From: Raillietiella orientalis | Lineage: Eukaryota | NCBI GenBank assembly: GCA_036172245.1 | Contig: JAYWIR010000018.1 | Coordinates: 3,658,001-3,707,362, forward strand | Length of the DNA: 49,362 bases | Direction: 5' to 3' | Shown here: positions 31,092 through 40,106 of the stretch, in pieces | How the letters are laid out: every line of letters starts with the position of its first letter | How positions within the stretch are numbered: position 1 is the first letter of the stretch | Made by a program: the position numbers and the translations under genes | Notes under the pieces: model-generated | Told to the model about the DNA's origin: nothing | What the model saw: only the letters and a program-made list of their open reading frames with translations | Database searches by the model: none

Positions 31092-32749
31092 TATGGCTGG
31101 GAAAGTGGCGTCGCGGCACCTGCCGCGGGGCAGGTGTACGAAAGGTCCATCGGTACGAGGACCATCGGAACGAGGACGGAGGCCTCTTCAGGCGCCTGGG
31201 GTACCTGTTCGGCCTCCATCCTCACCATCCCCTCCGTGTCCGAGCGTGGAATTCTCTCGGGCGACGGGTCCCGGGAGTTTCCCACGCTCATGGCACCCTC
31301 GCTACCGGAAGCCATCTCTTCCCCTGCGTCGGGGGAGACGATCTTCCGGGGCATTGTGGACTTTCGTCCTGCCTTTTTGCGGGGTGCCGCGGAGATGGAT
31401 GCTGTTTTTCCGGCCTTCACCTCGGGGTCGGAAGTGGCCGACTCCTGAGGGGATGCCGGACGCCTGACGGCCTTCTTGCCAGCCTTGGGGGCAACCGGCT
31501 GCAGCGAGGCAGCCAGCTCCTCCGCGGCGCGCTCGAAGGCGACGTCATCGAGCGTGGGCTCGATGACGGACGCCGCCGCCTCGCTCCCCTCCTTGTTGAC
31601 TTTGTCAACGGAGGGCTGAGCAGGGGCAGCAGCGAGTTCTTTAGCGCCGCATCCGTCGATGGCGGGAATCCGCTCTACAACGACGCAGCAGCTTTTAATT
31701 TTTTCGCGGCGCAGGGCGGTTTCGCTCCGTTTCGCCACGTTCTTTCCCTTCTTATGGGAGTTTTTCTTGGGGTCGACCTTCTGCCACCCTGGCTCTTGAC
31801 CCTCGCCCTCGACCTTTTCGGCGTTTTTCGCCGAAGTCTCGGGGCTGGCCTTCGCCTTGGTGACGGAGGTGACCTCCTTAGCAGCAGCACGAGCTGCCAG
31901 CTTCTTCCTTTTTTTAGCCGCGCGCTTTCTCGCGTTTTTCGCGGACACGACGCGGACTGTGTTTTGGGGGCACACCAGACGGGTGTGCCCCGCTTGTTTG
32001 CAGTGCTGGCACTGCACGCTCGGACACCTCATTTTAAGGTGACCACAGCTGCTGCAGCAGCTGCAAAACTTGAGTTTACCCACGCACCACACGTCAACGG
32101 ATTCACCGTTGACGGTGAGTTTGTGGGGAAACTCACATCCCTCGCGAACCGTCACTCGCGCTGCACCCAGGCCGTCAAGCACCCCGTCGTAATCGACAAA
32201 AGGAGTAGGCTTTCCCCACAGCGCGTGGACAGTTGCAAACTTTTCTAATTCGTTCCGGACGACCTCCTTCGTCATCCGGAACGTGATACCGGTCAGGTGA
32301 ATGATCACCGACCGGTCTTCAGTAATGGGGAGAAGCCTCCGGCTGCCCATACTTATGGGGGTTCGCAGAAGTCTCTGCGCAAGAGTTGCCTCCTTGCAGA
32401 TAACTTCCACAAATTGACCCTTGCTTCTGACGGACATAGCCAGAAGCTCCTCTTTTTGTACACCGAGAGCGCGCATCGCCTGCGAAAAGGCGCGCGCGTT
32501 CTCGGGAGAATATAAACCGCCTACCTTATATAGAAGGGGTGGGTTATACCCCTCCTCCAGGTAAGCGCGCATTTCCGCCATAGCCGCTGGCGTAGGTGCC
32601 GCAGCCACGGCGTTCCAAGCCCTGGGTAGGGCCGGGGGCGCATCCGTGCTGGCGGGAGCCTCCACTGATGCGGGAGCCCCCACCTCCATCTCCTCCGGGG
32701 GCAATGAGGTCATCACTCCCGGATCCTCACCGGTGGTGGTATCAGGCAT
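31091..32749 (-). CDS. D1b ORF1 gag-like protein, 552 aa, intact
   Basis: CSCCSSCGHLKMRC and CQHCKQAGHTRLVC knuckles; the stop overlaps the ORF2 ATG. Confidence 0.9.
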   Translation of the reverse strand: MPDTTTGEDPGVMTSLPPEEMEVGAPASVEAPASTDAPPALPRAWNAVAAAPTPAAMAEMRAYLEEGYNPPLLYKVGGLYSPENARAFSQAMRALGVQKEELLAMSVRSKGQFVEVICKEATLAQRLLRTPISMGSRRLLPITEDRSVIIHLTGITFRMTKEVVRNELEKFATVHALWGKPTPFVDYDGVLDGLGAARVTVREGCEFPHKLTVNGESVDVWCVGKLKFCSCCSSCGHLKMRCPSVQCQHCKQAGHTRLVCPQNTVRVVSAKNARKRAAKKRKKLAARAAAKEVTSVTKAKASPETSAKNAEKVEGEGQEPGWQKVDPKKNSHKKGKNVAKRSETALRREKIKSCCVVVERIPAIDGCGAKELAAAPAQPSVDKVNKEGSEAAASVIEPTLDDVAFERAAEELAASLQPVAPKAGKKAVRRPASPQESATSDPEVKAGKTASISAAPRKKAGRKSTMPRKIVSPDAGEEMASGSEGAMSVGNSRDPSPERIPRSDTEGMVRMEAEQVPQAPEEASVLVPMVLVPMDLSYTCPAAGAATPLSQP

Positions 32750-32833
32750 TGCTGCCTAATCCTCCACCCACACCACGCACAAGCACCAACGGAAATGGAA
32801 CTCAGGAGCAACGAAAAGACACGTCCGCTCGAC

Positions 32834-35800
32834 GCTCCGGAATCTCCAAGACTGGGACCTTTTTAAGGAATCGGTCCGCGAGTTCTGTGAGCAGTTCCCC
32901 CTGGATCGCCTGCCCATCGGATTCGGCGAGGGTGCTCGCAACCATCGGGCCTATTTACAGGCTCGCAGGTACGTGAGAACCCCAAATGTCCGTCGCCTGG
33001 CCGAGAACCGCGCCGGGGCCGAACGCCAGGCCTGGCAATCGGGGTCGGCCAGCTTGCTGGACGACCAGGGCCGGGAATGTTCGTCCCCGGCGTCGGTACG
33101 GCATCTCGGGCGGAGTTATTATTCCTCCCTTTACGCCAGGGCGCCCCCGGATCAAGATGCCTCTCAACTCTTGCTTCCGGATGGTGCCGTGGCAATAGGG
33201 GAGGAGGAGTCGTTAAGCCTCGATGAGCCTTTTACCACCAGCGAAATTTTCGCCGGTATCAAAAGGCTCAAAAGGCGGAAAGCTCCAGGGGAAGACGTCT
33301 TGCCTGCGGAGTTCTATCAGAGCTTCGCGGAAGAGCTGGCACCCCTGCTGCTTCAGCTGACAAGGCTGATCCTAGACGAATTCGATGTTCCCGCCTCGTT
33401 TCGGTCTGCCAGAGTGAGGCTCCTTCCGAAAGGGGCAGACCTTAGGAATTTGAACAACTGGAGTCCGATCACGATTATGAATACGGACGCCAAGTTGGTT
33501 GCCAGGCTATGGGCTTCGCGTGTGGGGCAGGTGGCAGAATCCATAATTAGCCCGGAGCAGAAATATGCTGCCCCCGGGCGAAGTATGGATGCCAACCTCT
33601 TCTTTGCGAGCACATGGATGCACGCGCAGAGGTGTCAAAAGAACGGGAAAGGAAAAATCGGCAACCCCACTTTGGGGCCGCCAGCAGGACAGGGAATGGA
33701 AACTTGGGCGGGGAAGGGGGCCTCAGCGCTCGCAGTCGATCTTCATAAGGCGTTCGACTGTGTTGACCAAGGGCTTTTGTTGAAGCTCCTGGGTCGCATG
33801 GGCTTCTCACCCTCCTCTATTACCTACCTGCGCTCTTGCTGGCGGAATGCGATAATTTCCGTCTCTTACAACAGTCAGAAGGCGCATGGCGTGCCGCTGC
33901 GGCGGGGCATCAGGCAGGGAGATAGACTGAGTTCCCTGCTCTTCAGAACCTACTTTGAGTTGGTGCTGAGAGCCTACAGGGTGACTTTGGCCTCCTTGCC
34001 GAGCTCGTGTCCCGGCACGCCTGCTGTAGCAGCCTATGCCGAAGACCTTCTGCTCCTGTTACCTATGTCCACCCGGGCGAAGGCGGTCAAAGACTTCTTG
34101 GATCTGATCAGCCGTGGGACCGGACTGCAGGTCGAGAGGGCTAAGTCGTCGGTGGAGCCAGTAAGTGCGGCGTGGGCAGGGCAGCAGGACTGGGTCCGTC
34201 TGGGGATCCACACGGCGAGGTGCTTCAAGTACCTTGATGTGCCGTTGGGTGACTACTCCCCTGCGGAGGCGTGCTCCAGCTGTCTTCAAAAAGTTGAGAC
34301 GGCGATCGGCCCGTTCCTGGAAGGCAAGTTTCGCTTGCCGGAACGGGCCGCGGTTTGGAACGCTTTTGCGGTCCCCATCCTCCGCTTCTTGCTTTTTTTT
34401 TGCCCCGCCCCCAGAGAATGCAAAAAGAGGACAAAGGACCTCCTCTGCAGAGCCCTTTGGGGCAATGGGAGGCCCCGAGTCCCTCTGAAGGACTTGTGCG
34501 CTTCGCGTCGGGAAGGCGGCCTTGGCCTCCTGACGCTGGAGCGCGTGGAAATCCAGCTGCGGTGGCGAACCCTCGCCATCGCAGCGGAGATGTGGAGCAC
34601 TTCTTGGTGCGTTCCGGTCCGCCTCCTCGCGAGGCGTTTGTCCCGATGCGAAGGACTCGCGTCGTTTCTTCTGTGCAGTGGCCGGAAGATACGAAAATGC
34701 GGCCTTATGCTCGGACGCATAGCAACCCTGGCAAAGACGAACGGTTGGATGGTTTGTGGCCCCGCCAACTACTCCGCCTGGTTGGAGGAGTCTGCTGGCA
34801 CATGGGCTAAGCAGAACCAGAGTAGTGAAAACAATATGAACTGCCTGCGAATCGGCCCAAACGCCAACCGCACCCTGCGGGAAATTCTGGAATTTCCCCG
34901 GAGTCGCAGGTGGGCGCTGACGACCCCCCTTGCTACGGCGATGCCCTACCTCCTGAGGGCGCTTCAGGATCGCCAGAAGCCGAGGTGGCAAGTCACCTGC
35001 CAGATCGCAGGCAGGGAGAAGATGTTAAGCGGCTGGACCACAGGAGAACTGGCGGACGCCACGAACCCGAGCGTCCAGCCGCGTGGATTACTGAGATGGG
35101 GTGAGCTGCACGCCATCCCTACGGATGTGCTGAAGTGGCCCTTGGTACTGAAGGAATCCAGGATCCTGCCCCTTAAGTGGCAAGAGTCGGCGTTGCTACT
35201 GCTGCACTGGGGTTTACTCTGCAACGCACGCCGCTTCCACTGGACAAGGGGAACTGTGGATCCTGAGTGTGCCAGGTGCGGGGAGCGGGAATCGCTCTCC
35301 CACCTTATTGTGGACTGTGCTGCCATCCGACCCCTCGGGGAACGGTTCGGGGCGACCCTCGGGCTCCCTACGGACAGCACTTTCAGAGACGTTCTTCGGC
35401 CCCTCTTCGTGAAGGACGCACTGCAGCCAGCCGCAGCCATCGCAGCCTTGTGCTGTGTCCGTGGCATCGTGGCGGCATGGAGCGACGCCAATAACGAAGG
35501 AGTGGGTCCACACTCGAGGGATGTCATCCCATACGCCCAACGCTTCATGCGAAGAGCTTTTGGTTGGCCCCAACTGGGGAATATACGGACGGATCTCAAG
35601 GGCTTCCTTCAACGGATGGGCACTCCTCACAGCGTTTAGTGATCCCTTCCGTGCCCACCAACTCCTTTTTGTCTGTTTATTTTTTATTTTTCTTTTTGTT
35701 TTATCCCCATCCCCCTTTGCTACTGAGGAACGCTACGCTGGGATGCGTTTCGGCGTCCTGGCAGGTCCAGTGTATATGGCCGTGAGCGGGGCCTTGTACC

Positions 35801-35850
35801 GCGGATGTAGAGTTTTAACAATAAACGCCCTGGGCGTACCCGGGTGTTAA
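32834..35850 (+). mobile_element. LINE E copy 1 (E1), 3' part downstream of the D1 insertion
   Basis: ORF2 from LQDWD to its stop, D-like 3' UTR, aataaacgccctgggcgtacccgggtgttaa terminus. Confidence 0.9.
32835..35639 (+). pseudogene. E1 ORF2 (RT-CCHC), open but lacking APE; catalytic YADD reads YAED
   Basis: ORF 32973-35639 extends upstream in frame to the D1 junction; DLHKAFD, QGDRLSS, YAED, CARC..HLIVDC. Confidence 0.9.
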
Positions 35851-35867
35851 ACTCTAAGGCCAGTTGG
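35851..35867 (+). repeat. Putative target-site spacer between E1 and E2 (actctaaggccagttgg)
   Basis: Lies between a LINE 3' end and a LINE 5' end, like the A and D1 spacers; it occurs only once, so this is inferred. Confidence 0.45.
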
Positions 35868-35952
35868 AACACGTGTTTTTCCTTCACTCCTCAAAGAGTA
35901 GTAGGAAAGCGCTTTCTTGTGTGTGGTGTTTTGTGTACATCGTCGGTGTCCA

Positions 35953-37638
35953 ATGGCCACGACGCCAAAGGAAACCGCGATGGAGGTGGGAGTGGGGGAG
36001 GCTAGTTCGCCCCCACAGCCTACTGGAGCAGGGGCAGCCGCCCTGGAATCATCTCCGGCCACGCCGAGGACATGGAGCGCAATGGTGGCCGCGCCCAGCG
36101 CAGAAGCCATGACGGAGATGGCCGCATACAAGGCCTCCGGGTACAAGCAATCGCTTGTCTACCAGGTAGGCAACTTGTTCGACGGCCGGACAGCGCGCGC
36201 CTTCAGCAAAGCGTTGAAGGACGCGAATGTTACTGAGAAGGATCTGAACGTCCTCTCCGTCCTCAGCGGCGGGCAGCGGGTCGAGGTGGTCTTCAATGAT
36301 GTCACCCTGGCTCACCGCCTAATCCATGCGCCGCTGAACGTAGACGGCCGCAAGATAATGCCAGTATCAATGGACCGCTCCGTGGTGGTCCACATGACTG
36401 GCATCAACAGCCGCATGACGCGGTCCGCTGTTGGTGAGGAACTGCGAAAGTACGGTGTGGTGCACGCACTCTGGCCGAAACCCTCCATTTTGGACGGTTT
36501 CGTGAGCCTTTTTGGTGAGCAGGCTGCAGCGCAGGTCGCCGTAAGTAAGAATTGTGGGCTTCCCTACAAACTACAGGTGGCGCGAGAAATCGTCGACCTG
36601 TGGTATGTAGGAAAGCCCCGGTATAGCGGGCATTTTGATACCGTGGGACACCTACGTAAAAGGTGTCCCAATATACAATGCCATTTGTGCGGGGAGCGGG
36701 GCCACGTTCGGCGCGTGTGCCCCAAACGCCTCACCCCGGTTCTCCCTGCTGCGAAAAAAGCGCAGGGGAAACGCGCTTCAAAGGTCTCTAGACCTAAAGT
36801 GGAAAAGGGCCAGCACAAGCTGCCAACACCTCAACCTCCGGCGCGTAAGCCGGAGGATAAACCTTCTGAAACGGTGGTAGGCGAAGAAGGATGGCAGCTA
36901 GTAGAGGCCAGAAAGCCAAAGAAACTCCCACCCGCGGAGAGCAAAAAGCGCAAGACGGCCGGTAAGCCGAAAAAACCCGGTCCGCGCTCGAAAACTCTGC
37001 GCGAGTGCACGGTGGCACTGGAACGAATCGTCGTTCCCGAGGTTGCCACCCGGAGCGTCGATCCTCCCCTTGCCGTTTCCGCTGCGCCCGAGGCTCGCGA
37101 CAGCGAACCCTCTGTTTACACAGAGGGTGAGCCGCGCGACATAGCGGCGGTCGAAGCCGCGGACGCCGCGTTCGCGCAGGCGGAGGAGGAGCTCGCGGTC
37201 ACGCTGGCCGAGCGTGAGAACCCCTCGCGCAAGGCCGTGCGAAGGCCGGCTCCGGCGAAGAAGGCCCCCACAGGTGAGTTAGACCTGGGGGCCGGAAGTA
37301 CATCCTCCTCCTCGGAGGCACCACCCAGGAAGTCGGGACTCAAGTCCCAGAAGCCCAGGATGCGCCTCCCCTCCACCAGCGAGGAGGAGAAGACGGAAGC
37401 GGTCGCCAGCGTGGGAAATTCGGAGGAGGAATTCCCACGCTCGGAAGCCGTCGATCCGGCCACCCCCATGGAGGAGGGTGAACAGGTAGGCGCGACCCTA
37501 CCTGTGGGTGACCCGCTCAACGTACAGTTTCCTATGGAGGAGGGGGACCAGGTGCCTTCAGCACCTGACCCTCCTCCTCCACCTAGCGTCCCGCCCCAGC
37601 AGGTGGCGGACGCCGCATCGCAATCTTCCCAGGATTAA
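35953..37638 (+). CDS. E2 ORF1 gag-like protein (about 561 aa), first knuckle degenerate
   Basis: Homologous to D1 ORF1 (AMTEMAAY, DRSVVVH, VHALW); CHLCGERGHVRRVC. Confidence 0.85.
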   Translation: MATTPKETAMEVGVGEASSPPQPTGAGAAALESSPATPRTWSAMVAAPSAEAMTEMAAYKASGYKQSLVYQVGNLFDGRTARAFSKALKDANVTEKDLNVLSVLSGGQRVEVVFNDVTLAHRLIHAPLNVDGRKIMPVSMDRSVVVHMTGINSRMTRSAVGEELRKYGVVHALWPKPSILDGFVSLFGEQAAAQVAVSKNCGLPYKLQVAREIVDLWYVGKPRYSGHFDTVGHLRKRCPNIQCHLCGERGHVRRVCPKRLTPVLPAAKKAQGKRASKVSRPKVEKGQHKLPTPQPPARKPEDKPSETVVGEEGWQLVEARKPKKLPPAESKKRKTAGKPKKPGPRSKTLRECTVALERIVVPEVATRSVDPPLAVSAAPEARDSEPSVYTEGEPRDIAAVEAADAAFAQAEEELAVTLAERENPSRKAVRRPAPAKKAPTGELDLGAGSTSSSSEAPPRKSGLKSQKPRMRLPSTSEEEKTEAVASVGNSEEEFPRSEAVDPATPMEEGEQVGATLPVGDPLNVQFPMEEGDQVPSAPDPPPPPSVPPQQVADAASQSSQD

Positions 37639-38105
37639 CACCTGGGCTCGCCAGTCGACGTCGGATTCGCGCCGTCTGTTGGAATGTCAACGGGCTGCGC
37701 GACGACGGTAACAGGCGAGATACAGCCGACACCCTGCGGGAGATCGACCTGGCCCTGTTCCAGGAGATCCACGTGATCACCGCGGCAGACGTCCAGGAGA
37801 TCGAGACGATCGCGGGGGGTCGACTGTATTGGCAATGCGGCATCCGAAACACCCGCGGGGTCGCGTTCTTCGTGAAGCCGGCCATCGACGCGGCCGTGAA
37901 GGGCGTGCGCTTCGATGACGACTGTCGGGTCGGTCAGCTGACTCTCGGCTGGTCCGACTCGATCGATCTGATCGTCACGAATGTGTACGCCCCAACCGGT
38001 CAAAAGGGATACAGCAACCGTACCAGGCTGCTTGAATCCCTGAAGCGCGACTGGCTGGCGAACACGAGCGTGTGGAAGGCTCACCTGATAGCGGGAGATT
38101 TGAAT
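37638..38105 (+). pseudogene. E2 ORF2 APE N-terminus (ACA at the ATG position), truncated at GDLN
   Basis: (T)PGLASRRRIRAVCWNVNG..FQEIH..TNVYAP..AHLIAGDLN. Confidence 0.85.
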
Positions 38106-38184
38106 CGAGTGCGGACGTGATTTTCTTCGCTCTCGTCTCCGTGCTTTCATCCGCTTCATCTTGGCGTCGTACATTTTGACGACG

Positions 38185-40106
38185 ATGTCGACGCAATTCG
38201 AAGATACTGAAGTTGGAGGAACAGCATCCGGATCTGCAATCGCGGAACCGACGGCTGCCTCCACTTCGTCTTGCTCGCCAGTGGAGAGGAGTTTTGCTGA
38301 CGTTGCTGGCACAGCAGCCGTCAAAAGGAAACCACTCTACGAGTCGGAGTTGCGGCATACGTAGCCCAAGGCTATAGACCTGTTCTCCGGTATAAGGTGA
38401 GTGGTTTTCTTTCAGCGCGCGACGGGAATCAGTTCAACGATGAACTGACCCGTGTTGGCGTGCGGCAGGACGACCTTCTCGCCATTATGTCCGTAAAAGA
38501 CATGAGCTATTTCAAGGTGCGTTGCAAAGACGCTGCACTTGTGCAACGCTTGCTGCGCACCCCGTTGTCGATCCGTGTCCAGAAGGTCTTCCCGGCCGCC
38601 ATGGACGACTCATTTGTGGCGGAGATTTTCGACATCGAGTCGGAAATCTCCGATATTGATATTCGGAATGCGTTGGCGAAATTCGCCACGGTCCATGCGC
38701 TGTGAAGGGTGCGTAGCAACCTCAAGGACTTCCCGTTCATACACAACGGAGTCGCTGGAGTCCGGCTTACAATGCCGGACCGCCGTCTGCTGCCCACCAA
38801 ACTACAGGTGAAAGACACGGTCGTTCACCTGTGGTTGGTGGGCAAAGTAAGAACGTGCGAGCAATGCGGGAAGGAGGGGCATTGTTTGGATAAATGCCCC
38901 TCTGGAAAATGCCGTTATTGCAAACTATCCGGGCACCAATTGAAAAATTGCCCGGATCTTTTGCGAAAAAAGGCAGCCGCGGAGCTTCATTTTAAAAAAC
39001 AAAGCGCGGATAAAAAGAAAAAATCTGCGAAAAACCTGGAGACCCCACGGCAGAAATTCCGAAAAAACGCGAGGCGGAATGTCGCCCCAAAGCAGCAGGA
39101 AACCTCGCACGCGAAGCCCTGCGTGCCCCTTCTCGCGGCAGGGGAGCCGGAAAAGAAAGGGTGCGGGGAATCCGGGGCAATGGTAAGTCCCCCTAGGCGC
39201 AATAGCTGTCCTTCGCAAGCACGCCCGGCTCTTTCGGAGTTCGAGCAACCGGCGGGGACGTCAATGGACAACGGCGGTAAGGACACTTCCAGTACCGTCA
39301 GATTTATTCCTTCACCTCCTGCAGTGGCTGAGAAGCACAAATCGGGTAAGAAGGGTTGTGCCGTGTCGACTTCGAAAGTCGGCAAAAAAAAATCCGCGTC
39401 GCGATCCAACACCGCGAAAGCGGGGAAAAATCTCACGCCGTCGCAATCGGAGAGGAAGCTCTCGACTGGCGCGGATGCCATGCCAACGAAGCGATTAAAA
39501 TCCCTTCCGAAGGCAGCGTCCATGACAAGCGTGTCGAAGCCATCCAAAGTGCTCCCGTCCAAAGACGCGGATGGCTTCAAAGATGGCAATGGAGCACAAT
39601 CTCCATTTACGGCGCCACGCGAAGTGAGGAACCGTAATGAAGTAAAGAAGACTTCAGCAAAGGTCCCTCGTGCAACTGAGCGTGAGCACGCTGAAAACGC
39701 GCGCGCCGGGAAAGCAGCCGTCACCAAAAGCGATGCTCTGGAGAAGGAAAAAGGCAACAGGACAGCTGTCAATCCAGCAGAACCTGTCACTACTTCGCGG
39801 AAGGCCCAAAACCGATCGAACATGCGCCGGTCAGACTCCGAAATGGATGCCGTTCCGATCACCGAGACGAGGACAACTCGTTCGAAAGCGTGTGCGCGCC
39901 GATCAAAAGTAGGCAGCCAGGCAACTGTAGCCGCGAAGCCACGCGAAGTCTCCACGAAACCCGACGGGATTAAGCCTGGCGTGGAGGCATTACATGCATG
40001 CAGCACGACAGAGGACGGTGGCGACCGTCCCCTCCAGCCAATCGTGCTGCTCGCCGTCTGCTCGCCGGATAAAGCGAGCAAAAAGCTGCCACCTTCCCAG
40101 CAGTAA
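38185..40106 (+). pseudogene. B2 ORF1 (frameshift near 38340, stop at 38703)
   Basis: CEQCGKEGHCLDKC and CRYCKLSGHQLKNC knuckles; homologous to B1 and C ORF1. Confidence 0.87.

Larger units (their letters stand above)
27296..32833 (-). mobile_element. LINE D1 copy b (D1b), full length (about 5.5 kb), most intact element
   Basis: 5' UTR, ORF1, TAATG overlap, ORF2, structured 3' UTR and aataaacgtcccggcgcacccgggtttcaa terminus. Confidence 0.94.
35868..38105 (+). mobile_element. LINE E copy 2 (E2), 5' UTR, ORF1 and APE start, cut by B2
   Basis: D-like ORF1 and APE. It does not overlap E1, so same-family status is inferred from the tandem arrangement. Confidence 0.82.

Noticed and set aside
30833..32248. 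Long antisense ORFs (471 aa here; also 25991-26932, 38987-40081, 14531-15355)
   Set aside because: They are opposite-strand shadows of GC-rich ORF1s with no recognisable motifs and are not conserved between families.
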